A stretch of 64,000 nt of DNA, taken from Vulcanimicrobiota bacterium. GTDB lineage: Bacteria > Vulcanimicrobiota > Vulcanimicrobiia > Eremiobacterales > Eremiobacteraceae. Shown here one piece after another: positions 1 to 8,679 of this stretch. Below the pieces are notes generated by a model. It saw only the letters and a list, made by a program, of their open reading frames with translations, was not told the DNA's origin and made no database searches. The stretch is taken from contig CAWDVP010000001.1 of assembly GCA_963805945.1 (NCBI GenBank), forward strand, positions 64,001 through 128,000. The letters are read 5' to 3'. A program made the position numbers and the translations under genes. Positions within the stretch are counted from its first letter, which is position 1, and the number at the start of each line of letters is the position of its first letter.

Positions 1-1
1 G

Positions 2-1105
2 GAGGCGGCCCTGCCCGCGGCGGTCGCCAGCCTCAAAGACCTGCAGGCGTTCCTCGCCGGGCCGATCCGGGCGCAGGCGAACGGCAATCCCCGAGTCGGC
101 GCGCAGGTCTTCGACGCCGAACTGCGCCTCGTCGACGGCACGGATACGCCTCGCGCCGTCATCGTCGCGCGCGCGAAAGCGGATTTCGCCGCGACACGCA
201 AGCGCATGCTCGCGCTCGCGCTGCCGCTCGATCGCAAGTTCTTCCCGCAGCGCGCGCACGCGGAAACCGGCGGCGCGCTCATCAACGCCGTCGTGGGCGA
301 GGTCCTCGATAAGCTAGCGGACTCGCACCCCCAGGCGGACCAGGTCTTCGCCGCTGCCAGCTCCGATCTCACGGGCATCGAGGCGTTCTTGACTGCCGAT
401 CGTGTGGTCGTGCTGCCGAGGCCGAGCACGCTGCATGTCATGCCCACACCCGAGTACCAGGCCGGCATCGCCGGCGCCGGCCTGGAGTCGCCCGGACCCT
501 TCTCGCCGCTTGAGAACTCGTACTATTTCATCGACAGCATCCCGGCATCGTGGTCCGCCGAACGCGTGCGCTCCTATCTGCGCGAGCATAACGACTACGA
601 GATGCGCATCCTGTCGATCCATGAGGCCATACCCGGCCACTACGTGCAGTTCCGCTACAACGCGCTGACGCCGTCGATCGTGCGGCGCGTATGGGGCAAC
701 GGCTCGTTCATCGAAGGCTGGGCGGTGTACGGCGAAGGCATGATGCTCGACGCCGGCTACGGCGGCGGCGATCCGGCGCTGCGCCTCTTCCAGCTCAAGT
801 GGCGACTGCGCGAGTACGCCAACGCGATCATCGACGCCGAATTCCATACGGGCAGCCTGACCGAGCAGCAGCTCTTCGATCTCTTAGAGCACGGTGCGTT
901 CCAAGAGCACGCCGAGGCGCTCACGAAGTGGAACCGCCTGCAGCTCTCGCATGACCAATTGTCGAGCTACTTCGTCGGACTTGACGCCATCCTCGAGGCG
1001 CAGCGCGGCGCTTCCCTCTCGGTGAGCGCGTTCAACCGCAAGCTGCTCGAGATGGGTTCGGTCGAACCGCGCTTCATCGCACCGCTCCTCACGACCGCGC
1101 CCTAG
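2..1105 (+). CDS. DUF885 family protein (zincin-like), 5'-truncated by window edge
   Basis: Frame is open from position 2. HEAIPGHYVQ and FIEGWAVY motifs are typical of DUF885. Confidence 0.85.
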   Translation, partial: EAALPAAVASLKDLQAFLAGPIRAQANGNPRVGAQVFDAELRLVDGTDTPRAVIVARAKADFAATRKRMLALALPLDRKFFPQRAHAETGGALINAVVGEVLDKLADSHPQADQVFAAASSDLTGIEAFLTADRVVVLPRPSTLHVMPTPEYQAGIAGAGLESPGPFSPLENSYYFIDSIPASWSAERVRSYLREHNDYEMRILSIHEAIPGHYVQFRYNALTPSIVRRVWGNGSFIEGWAVYGEGMMLDAGYGGGDPALRLFQLKWRLREYANAIIDAEFHTGSLTEQQLFDLLEHGAFQEHAEALTKWNRLQLSHDQLSSYFVGLDAILEAQRGASLSVSAFNRKLLEMGSVEPRFIAPLLTTAP

Positions 1106-1123
1106 GCAATCTCGGAGGTTCCC

Positions 1124-1840
1124 ATGATCGCAATTCTATTGAGCGTTCTCGTGCTTGCGGCGACCGCAGCGTCGCCCACTCCGGTCGGCGCGGTGCAGAC
1201 GGCGGTGCCTGCGCCGCCGGCGATCCTTCGCCAAGTCACCTACAAGGTCTCGACCGCCATCAAGAACTATAGCGCCGGCGAGCACTACGAGGGCTTCAGC
1301 TCGCAGTCGACGCTGTCGAACGACCAGGGCACGGTCACGGTGGCGATAACCGGCGTCCAGAACAACGCGCTCGGCATGGACGTGACCGAATTGATGAACA
1401 AGACGGGCCATCCCAGCACGTTCACCGGCTACGTGACGCCGGACGGCGGGGTCGGCTTCGGCAACGACACGATCACCGACACGACGCGCACGATGCTCCA
1501 GTTCTTCGGCACGAAGTTCATCCCGCCGGACAAAGTCGACGTCGGTGCCACGTGGAGCGTCACCTACAACCAGAACGGCGTCGAGATGCAAAGCGACTAC
1601 AAGGTGACCAAGGTGGACGGGACGCTGGTGACCATCTCGGTCAAGCAGACCCTCAAGATGTCGGCGCAGGCCTCGACGATCACCACCGAGGGTAGCGTCA
1701 CGCTCAAGCCGTCGCTGCTCGTGCCGATGAGCGGCGATATCCACAAGATCGTGCGGCGCGTGTCGGTGTCGGGCGACAACAGGGTCGACATCACCGAGCA
1801 TTTCGAGCGCGTCTCCGACTCGCGCGACACGTCGCCCTGA
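1124..1840 (+). CDS. Secreted hypothetical protein (paralog family member 1)
   Basis: GGAGG RBS and signal peptide. Shares motifs (GTVTV, GAxW, LLVPxxGD, FExxxDS) with 3738-4514 and 4528-5304. Confidence 0.8.
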   Translation: MIAILLSVLVLAATAASPTPVGAVQTAVPAPPAILRQVTYKVSTAIKNYSAGEHYEGFSSQSTLSNDQGTVTVAITGVQNNALGMDVTELMNKTGHPSTFTGYVTPDGGVGFGNDTITDTTRTMLQFFGTKFIPPDKVDVGATWSVTYNQNGVEMQSDYKVTKVDGTLVTISVKQTLKMSAQASTITTEGSVTLKPSLLVPMSGDIHKIVRRVSVSGDNRVDITEHFERVSDSRDTSP

Positions 1841-2751
1841 AGGCCCTCTCACCGCGCGTCCTCGCCAACGTCGACTTCATCGCGCTGTGCTGGATCTGGG
1901 GCAGCACGTGGCTTGCGATCAAGATCGGCGCGGCTCTCGTGCCGCCTGCGACCGGCGTGGCGATCCGCTTCCTCATCGCGGGCACGCTGCTGCTCGGCAT
2001 CGCCGTCGCGACGCGCCGCGTGTGGCCTTCGGACACCGCGTTCCGAGTGCTGGTCGTCGTCCAAGGCGTCAGCCTCGCCACGAACTACTACCTCATCTAC
2101 TGGGCAGAACAGACCGTGTCGAGCGGGCTCACCGCGGTGCTGTTCGCCAGCTTTCCCATCTTCACCGGCGCGGTCGCGGCGCTCGTCTATCGCATGGAGC
2201 GCTTCAGCGTTTTCACGCTGGCGGCGTTGGCGCTCGGTATGGCCGGGCTGTGCGTCATCTTCTGGTCGGAGGTGGTGCTTGCGAGCCGCACGCCGTGGCA
2301 AGGGATGGCCGCGGTCGTGTTCTCCGCCTTCATCGCCTCGCTCGGCACGACGTCCCTCAAGCGCTTCGGCTCTCATGTGCCGGCCCTGCTCATGGCAGCG
2401 CCGAGCCAGCTGCTGTGCGGGGTCTTGCTGACGGCGGTCGCGCTGCTCTTCGAACGCGGCCGGCCGGTGAGCTTCACGCCGACCGCCGTCGCGTCCATCG
2501 CGTATCTCACCATCTTCGGCACGGCGATCGCGTTCGTGGCGTATTACCAGTTGCTGCGGCTCATCCCCGCGACGCGCGCAGCGCTCTTCAACTACGTCAC
2601 GCCCGTCGTGGCGGTGTGTCTCGGTGCGATCTTCCTCCACGAGGCGCTTGGCGCACGAACGCTGCTGGGGGCGGCGATGGTCTTCGCGAGCATCTGGCTC
2701 ATGCACGTCAAGGTCCCGGGCGCCCCGCTCGAAGAAGCAGCGCTGTCATGA
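1837..2751 (+). CDS. EamA/DMT family transporter
   Basis: About 10 TM segments. The family motif IWGSTWLAIKIG is in frame upstream of the called GTG at 1939, implying a CTG start at 1837 overlapping the upstream TGA. Confidence 0.85.
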   Translation: MKALSPRVLANVDFIALCWIWGSTWLAIKIGAALVPPATGVAIRFLIAGTLLLGIAVATRRVWPSDTAFRVLVVVQGVSLATNYYLIYWAEQTVSSGLTAVLFASFPIFTGAVAALVYRMERFSVFTLAALALGMAGLCVIFWSEVVLASRTPWQGMAAVVFSAFIASLGTTSLKRFGSHVPALLMAAPSQLLCGVLLTAVALLFERGRPVSFTPTAVASIAYLTIFGTAIAFVAYYQLLRLIPATRAALFNYVTPVVAVCLGAIFLHEALGARTLLGAAMVFASIWLMHVKVPGAPLEEAALS

Positions 2752-3746
2752 CGACCGGCGGACGCATCGAGATCCTGCACCACGATTCGAAGGTCTTACG
2801 CGGCAACGCGCTCGGCGACCGGGCGCAGCGTGAGGTGTATTGCTACCTCCCTGCGGGCTACGACGGCGACGCCGCGACGTACCCGGTCATCTATTTCCTC
2901 TCCGGTTTCACCGGCACGGGTCGCATGCTGCTCAACTTCGATCCGTTCAGCGCGCCGCTCGACGCGCGGCTGGACCGTCTCATCGCTTCGGGCGCGATGC
3001 CGCCGGTCATCTGCGTCCTCCCCGACTGCTTCACGCGCCTGGGCGGCAGCCAGTACTGCAACTCCGGCGCGACCGGCCGCTACGAGGACTATCTGATCGA
3101 CGAGATCGTGCCGTTCGTCGACGCGACGCTGCGCACCAAGGCGAGCCGCGATCATCGCGGGGTCATCGGTAAATCGAGCGGCGGTTATGGGGCGTTGCGC
3201 CTGGGGATGCGCCACGCCGACGTGTTCGGCGCGCTCGGCTCCCACGCAGGCGACGCCTATTTCGCCTTCTGCTATCTGCCCGATTTCCCGAAACTGGTGA
3301 TGGGCTTGGAGAGGCATGGCGGCCTCGAGGGCTTCACGCGCTGGTTCGAGGCATTGCCGAAGAAGACGCACGAGGCGCTCGAAGTGCTCAATATGATCGC
3401 CATGGCCGCCTGCTACTCGCCCAATCCGAAAGCGCCGATGGGCATCGACTTGCCGGTCTTTCTGCCGGGCGGGGAGATACGCACCGACGTCTGGGATCGC
3501 TGGGTCGAGAACGATCCGGTGCACATGGCGAGCCGGCACGCGGAGGCGCTGAAGTCGCTGCGCTGCATCTTCATCGACGCGGGCGTGCGTGACGAGTTCA
3601 ACCTGCAGCTCGGCGCGCGCATCCTCTGCTCGCGCTTTGACGCGCTCGGCGTGAAGTACGTCCACGAGGAGTTCGAGGACGGCCACATGGGCATCGTCTA
3701 TCGCTACGAGCGCTCGTTCGCGCTGCTGGCGGCGGCGCTAGCCTAG
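2748..3746 (+). CDS. Putative esterase (alpha/beta hydrolase, enterochelin-esterase/PF00756-like)
   Basis: ATGA overlap with EamA stop. GKSSGG nucleophile elbow, YLPAGY, C-terminal DGH. Confidence 0.85.
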   Translation: MTTGGRIEILHHDSKVLRGNALGDRAQREVYCYLPAGYDGDAATYPVIYFLSGFTGTGRMLLNFDPFSAPLDARLDRLIASGAMPPVICVLPDCFTRLGGSQYCNSGATGRYEDYLIDEIVPFVDATLRTKASRDHRGVIGKSSGGYGALRLGMRHADVFGALGSHAGDAYFAFCYLPDFPKLVMGLERHGGLEGFTRWFEALPKKTHEALEVLNMIAMAACYSPNPKAPMGIDLPVFLPGGEIRTDVWDRWVENDPVHMASRHAEALKSLRCIFIDAGVRDEFNLQLGARILCSRFDALGVKYVHEEFEDGHMGIVYRYERSFALLAAALA

Positions 3747-4514
3747 CGGCCGGGGCGTCGCGGTCGCGGACGGCGCCTGGTCGAATGAGTCGAAGATCTT
3801 CTCGAAGTGCACGGCGGTGACGATGGCATCTTCGGTGTCCATGGTCTTACGCATGCTGGATTCGTCGAAGTCGCCCTTCAGCGGCACCAGGAGCTCGCGG
3901 TCGTAGAGGAGGTGGCCTTTCATCGTGATGTCCGTGCCTTGTGCCGCATTGATCTTCACCTCTTGCAGCTCGTTGAGCCAGAACGCTGCGCCTTCAGGCT
4001 TGCCGACCGTGTAGCTCGTCGTGATCGTCACTTGCGGAGTCTTGAGGACGTCGTTCCACACGGCGCCCGGTGCGAACGTCGTATTGGCCCCGAAGCGACG
4101 CGCGAAGAAGGGAAGCAGATAGCGAGGGATCGGGCTGTGACCCTGGTTCGAGAGCGCTATGAGACCTGCTGGATCGACAGTCGCTTTCGCGACGTAGGCC
4201 GCGCCGCCGAAGTTCTCCGTTATCTGCATATAGAGCACGTCGTCGCGTTGCCCGAGCACGTCGACAGAGATCGTCCCATGGTCCCAGTTCGTCATGTCGC
4301 TCTCGGAAGGCACCGGCCCGGAGGCGCTCGGTATCCCATTGTCACCAGTCGCCACTTTGCCGCCGTAGGTCTCGGTCGCGAGCTGGCGCCGCCGGATGTA
4401 GGAGACCTTGAACTCGACGTGGCGCATCGGCGTTTGAGCCCCTGCCGGCGTCGCCGATGCCTGCGGCGTCGGCGACGCGCTCAGTGCGAGCACGGCGATC
4501 ATCGTGAGGAGCAC
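3738..4514 (-). CDS. Secreted hypothetical protein (paralog family member 2)
   Basis: Signal peptide; close tandem paralog of 4528-5304. Confidence 0.8.
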   Translation of the reverse strand: MLLTMIAVLALSASPTPQASATPAGAQTPMRHVEFKVSYIRRRQLATETYGGKVATGDNGIPSASGPVPSESDMTNWDHGTISVDVLGQRDDVLYMQITENFGGAAYVAKATVDPAGLIALSNQGHSPIPRYLLPFFARRFGANTTFAPGAVWNDVLKTPQVTITTSYTVGKPEGAAFWLNELQEVKINAAQGTDITMKGHLLYDRELLVPLKGDFDESSMRKTMDTEDAIVTAVHFEKIFDSFDQAPSATATPRPLG

Positions 4515-4527
4515 AGGTGGACCCCAG

Positions 4528-5304
4528 CTATCTCGCTGCGGGCGTCGGGGACGCAGCCGCCGCCGGGTCGAACGAATCCACCGTTCTTTCGAAACGCACC
4601 TTCGTCGTTATCTTGTCCTCGCTGTCCATGGTCTTGCGATCGCCGTCTTCCTCGAAGTCGCCTCGTAGCGGCACGAGAAGATCGTGGTTGTAGAGGATGC
4701 GGCCTTTCGTCGTCAGATCCATGCCCTGTGCGGCGTTGACCTTCACCAGCTGCACCTCGTTGAGCCAGAAGGCCGCGCCGTCGGATTTCTCGACCGTATA
4801 TTTCGTCGTGACGGTCACTTGGGGCGTCTTGAAGTCGTCGTTCCATGCAGCGCCTGGCGCGAACGTGGCGGTGGACCCGAAGCTGCGGGCGAAGAACGGC
4901 AGCAGATAGCGGGTGATGGGGCTATAAAACTGGCTCGAGAACGCGAGCAGGCCTGTTGGATCAACGGTGGCGTTCACCACGAACGGCGCACCGAGTTTGT
5001 GAAGGTTCTCCGTGATCCGCAGGTAGAGCACGCTGTCGCGCAGTCCTAGAACGTCGACCGAAACCGTGCCCTCATCGGAGTCGTTGAAGTCGTTTTGGGA
5101 AGGCGTTCCTCCAGAAGCGTTTCCCCCACGATCCGCGCCGGCTACATTGCCGCCATACGTGCCGATGGCGAGTTGACGTTGCCTTGCGAATGAGGCCTTG
5201 AACTCGACGTGCCGCAGCGGCGCGGGGGTCGCCGGTGGTGCCGTCGCGGACGACGGGGTCGGCGAAGCGCTCAACGCGAGCACGGCTATCATGGTGAACA
5301 GCAT
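4528..5304 (-). CDS. Secreted hypothetical protein (paralog family member 3)
   Basis: AGGAGG RBS and signal peptide; same length (258 aa) as its neighbour and highly similar. Confidence 0.8.
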   Translation of the reverse strand: MLFTMIAVLALSASPTPSSATAPPATPAPLRHVEFKASFARQRQLAIGTYGGNVAGADRGGNASGGTPSQNDFNDSDEGTVSVDVLGLRDSVLYLRITENLHKLGAPFVVNATVDPTGLLAFSSQFYSPITRYLLPFFARSFGSTATFAPGAAWNDDFKTPQVTVTTKYTVEKSDGAAFWLNEVQLVKVNAAQGMDLTTKGRILYNHDLLVPLRGDFEEDGDRKTMDSEDKITTKVRFERTVDSFDPAAAASPTPAAR

Positions 5305-5321
5305 AGGCGGACCTCCTACAG

Positions 5322-5660
5322 TCAGCTCGCCCCTGGTGTCTCGCCGCTGCGCGCCTTCAGGAGCGCGAGCTCCTTGATCGCGTAATCCAGGGCTTCGTCG
5401 ATGGCACGCCGGGCCTCCTCGGACTGCAGATGGTTTTTCGCATGTTCCGCGAGCGTCTGCAGCAGGTCCGGCGACAATTGCTCGAACGTCTCAAGCGCGC
5501 GCTGGGGAAGCGCGCTTTGCGCAGCCGCCTGCCAAACGGCCACCGCGTTCGCGGTTTCGGCGCCGTACTTCTGGGCGAAATCGTCGCCGAGCAATCGCGC
5601 TTCGACCTGGTTCACCACGTAATGGATCGGATCGAACTTGTCGCCGGGTTGCACCAGCAT
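5322..5660 (-). CDS. Hypothetical protein
   Basis: GGAGG RBS; helical 112-aa ORF with genome-like codon usage. Confidence 0.7.
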   Translation of the reverse strand: MLVQPGDKFDPIHYVVNQVEARLLGDDFAQKYGAETANAVAVWQAAAQSALPQRALETFEQLSPDLLQTLAEHAKNHLQSEEARRAIDEALDYAIKELALLKARSGETPGAS

Positions 5661-5685
5661 GTCCCTCCGTGTGCGGCTACGTTCC

Positions 5686-5708
5686 GTAGTGCCCGAACGA
5701 AGTTCGGG
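5686..5708 (+). repeat. REP-like palindrome, subfamily C
   Basis: GTAGTG-CCCGAAC-GAA-GTTCGGG in a divergent intergenic region. Confidence 0.75.
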
Positions 5709-5764
5709 TGACCTGCTTGGGCGCTACAAGGAACGCTGGTGGGACGGCCCGTAATCCGGCCAGC

Positions 5765-6907
5765 ATGATCGATCACCGGCGCATGACCGATTTCGTCCTC
5801 GAACTCCTGCGCATCGACAGCCACTCTAAAGAAGAATCAGCCGTCGCGCAGCGCTTGATCGACGCGCTGCGAGAGATCGGCGCGGACGTGCATGTCGACG
5901 ACGCCGGCAGCCGCGTCGGCGGCGACACGGGCAACGTGGTCGGTCGACTGCCGGGCACAAGACCAGGCGTCGCGCCGCTGCTGCTCAGCTCGCACATGGA
6001 CACCGTGACGCCGGGCAAGGGCGTCAAGCCGGTGCTCGAGGCCGATCGCATCCGCTCTGACGGCACCACCATCCTCGGCGGCGACGACAAGAGCGGGCTC
6101 GCGATCATCGTCGAGGCGCTCCGTGTGCTCACGGCGAGCGGCGCGCCGCGCGGCGATATCGAGATCGCGTTCACCATCTGCGAAGAGGTCGGCCTACTAG
6201 GCGCCAAAGCGCTGGACTATGGCGCGCTGACGTCGCGCGAAGCGCTCGTCCTGGATTCGGATTCGGCGGCGCACATGACGACCAAGGCGCCGTCGTCGCA
6301 GCACTTCGAGTACGTCGTTCACGGGCTGGAGTCGCACGCCGGCGTCGCGCCGGAAGCGGGCATCTCCGCGGTGCGCGTCGCGGCTGAGGCGATCGCCGCG
6401 ATGCCGCTCGGCCGCGTCGACGACGAGACGACGAGCAACCTCGTCATCGTCGAGGGCGGCCTCGCCACCAACGTCGTGCCGAACCGCGTCGTCATCCGCG
6501 GCGAAGCGCGTTCACACGATGATCGCAAGCTCGCCGCCGTCACCGCATCGATCAGCCGCTGCCTGCAGGACGCCGCGTCGCGCGCCGCGGTGACGGTGGA
6601 AGGCGTCACGACGCGCGCGTGGATCGAAGAACGCTCGGTGCTCGAGTACGAGCGCTCGAACGTCGCCGACGACGCGCCGATCGTGGCGCTCCTCAAGCAG
6701 GCCGCCGGCGAACTCGGCCGTCCGATGGCGACCAGGACCGCGGGCGGCGGATCGGACGCCAATGTCTTCAACGCCAAAGGCATCTCCGCGGTGGTGCTCG
6801 GGACCGGCATGCGCGACATCCATACCGTCAAAGAATGGCTCGACCTGGCGGACTTCTACGCGGCCGCCGAGATCGTGCTGCGCGCGCTCACCGTACGAGC
6901 CGCCTGA
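5765..6907 (+). CDS. M20/M25/M40 metallopeptidase (peptidase T-like)
   Basis: SHMDTV, GGDDKSG, EEVG, GGSDAN and IHT motifs. Confidence 0.9.
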   Translation: MIDHRRMTDFVLELLRIDSHSKEESAVAQRLIDALREIGADVHVDDAGSRVGGDTGNVVGRLPGTRPGVAPLLLSSHMDTVTPGKGVKPVLEADRIRSDGTTILGGDDKSGLAIIVEALRVLTASGAPRGDIEIAFTICEEVGLLGAKALDYGALTSREALVLDSDSAAHMTTKAPSSQHFEYVVHGLESHAGVAPEAGISAVRVAAEAIAAMPLGRVDDETTSNLVIVEGGLATNVVPNRVVIRGEARSHDDRKLAAVTASISRCLQDAASRAAVTVEGVTTRAWIEERSVLEYERSNVADDAPIVALLKQAAGELGRPMATRTAGGGSDANVFNAKGISAVVLGTGMRDIHTVKEWLDLADFYAAAEIVLRALTVRAA

Positions 6908-6910
6908 CCG

Positions 6911-7648
6911 GTGAGCAGCCGTCGCTTCAGCTCGTGGGCCGGGTCCGACACGCCGGCGGTCTTCGGGCTGCTCGTCATCATGTCGGTCTTCTTCGTGGTC
7001 GGGTTCTTCGGGTTGTCCGAGGATCTCGTCACGTGGCTGGCATGGCCGATCAGCCCGCAGTGGTTGGCGCATCTCCGATTTTGGCAGATGCTCTCGTATC
7101 CGCTCGTCCACGTGTCGTTCTGGAACCTGATCTTCGACGGCATGCTCATCTTCTTCTTCGGCAGCCCGCTCGAGCGCGCGTGGGGCACGGCGCGCTTTCT
7201 CTCCTTCTTCTTCCTCACCGGGATCGTGGCGGGATTCACGATCCTCGCGCTGACGTTTCTCTTCCCGGGCTTTCCGGGTGCGTACTTCATAGGCTCGAGC
7301 GGCCACTTCGTCGGCCTGGGCATCGCCTTCGGCGCGCTCAATCCATATGCGCGCGTGTACCTGTACATGGTGTTGCCCATCGAAGCGCGCTGGCTCGGGC
7401 TCATCAGCGTCGCGCTCGAACTGTTCCTCAACTCGGGCAGCTACGGCAGCATACCCGGCGCCCTCGTCGCGATCGCGGTGAGCGGGCTGTTCGCATGGTT
7501 CTTCACGACCGGCGTGCACTTCGGTCCGCGCGGCGGCGGAGGGCCGGGCATCAAGGACCGTTTCGAGCGCTGGCGCCAGCGTCAGCGCATGCGCGCCTGG
7601 CAGCGCAAGGTGTCGAAGATCGACAAACCCGAGGATCTGTTCAAGTAG
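6911..7648 (+). CDS. Rhomboid-family intramembrane protein (catalytic His apparently missing)
   Basis: WQxxSYxxVH loop, LERAWG and GSSG present; no AHxxG in TM6. Confidence 0.8.
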   Translation: MSSRRFSSWAGSDTPAVFGLLVIMSVFFVVGFFGLSEDLVTWLAWPISPQWLAHLRFWQMLSYPLVHVSFWNLIFDGMLIFFFGSPLERAWGTARFLSFFFLTGIVAGFTILALTFLFPGFPGAYFIGSSGHFVGLGIAFGALNPYARVYLYMVLPIEARWLGLISVALELFLNSGSYGSIPGALVAIAVSGLFAWFFTTGVHFGPRGGGGPGIKDRFERWRQRQRMRAWQRKVSKIDKPEDLFK

Positions 7649-8636
7649 CGCTCGGGGGTACGTCCTCCGATACCGGCGCCACTCTGCCCGTGCGGACGAT
7701 CTCTTCGAGCACCGCGCGATCAAGCATGAGCACCCGGCCGCGGCGTAGCTGGATGGCGCCCATCTGCTCCAGGTGCGACAGCGCCCGGCTGCCCATGTCG
7801 CGTACCGTGCCGACGCGCGCGGCAAGATCGGATTGCGTGATGCGCTCGACGCCGCCGATGCCTTTGCCCATGCCGCTGTCGGGCGACGCGTAGTCGAGCA
7901 GCACGCGCGCGATGCGCGTCAGGACGCGGCCGAAGGCGAGATTGCCCGCGGCGCCCGCCAGCCGGCGCTGGCGCTGCGCGAAGAAACGCGCGCAGCCGAG
8001 CGAGACATCGGGGCTGCGCTGGATGAGCTGGCGCATGAACGCCGCCGGGATCTCGATGATGTCGACGTCGCCCCGCGCGATCACCGTCACGTCCGCCGCG
8101 CCCTCATCGAAGACCGGCGCCTCGTTGAACATGCTATACGCCGAGACGTCATAGAGGACGATCTCGCGATCCTCGTCCGTCGCCCGGGTGACCTCGACGA
8201 CGCCGCGGCGCACCAAGCCGAGCTCGTTCCAATTCGTGCCCTCGGCGACGATCACCATGCGGTCGTGATACGTGCGCTCCTTGGAGACGCGATCGATCTC
8301 GCGCAGCACGTCGAGGGGCGCCGTGCGGAACATCGTGCAACGGCGGAAGAACGAGACGCGCGGCGCTTCGCTTGTGAGCGCGGGCTCCGGCAGCCGGGTG
8401 ACGCGGATGATCCAGCGCCCATCGCCGGCGTTGCGGACGTCCCACAGCGCGATGCCGTCGCGCTCGGCCTCGAGCGAGGCGCGCAGCGCCTTCGGCTCGT
8501 GGTCGTTGGTGAACTCGACGATCTGGTTCGCCGACAGGAGATCGAAGGCGGCGACCATGCGGTCGTGGCGTTCCCATGTGGGGAATTGACGCAGGTCTAT
8601 GCGTTCGACCGGCTCGGGCTGCATCGCGCTGCTCAT
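7641..8636 (-). CDS. Crp/Fnr family regulator with N-terminal DUF2249-like domain
   Basis: IDLR..ERH...F....NDHEPKAL N-terminal domain, then cNMP-binding domain and HTH ITQSDLAARVGTVRDMGSRAL. Confidence 0.85.
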   Translation of the reverse strand: MSSAMQPEPVERIDLRQFPTWERHDRMVAAFDLLSANQIVEFTNDHEPKALRASLEAERDGIALWDVRNAGDGRWIIRVTRLPEPALTSEAPRVSFFRRCTMFRTAPLDVLREIDRVSKERTYHDRMVIVAEGTNWNELGLVRRGVVEVTRATDEDREIVLYDVSAYSMFNEAPVFDEGAADVTVIARGDVDIIEIPAAFMRQLIQRSPDVSLGCARFFAQRQRRLAGAAGNLAFGRVLTRIARVLLDYASPDSGMGKGIGGVERITQSDLAARVGTVRDMGSRALSHLEQMGAIQLRRGRVLMLDRAVLEEIVRTGRVAPVSEDVPPSAT

Positions 8637-8679
8637 GATTGTCGGGCGACGCTTCGCAGAAAGAGGTCCTGTTTCCCCG

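Noticed and set aside
1887..3746. 619-aa ORF as a long esterase fusion
   Set aside because: The N-terminal half is an off-frame shadow of the EamA gene; the real start is 2748.
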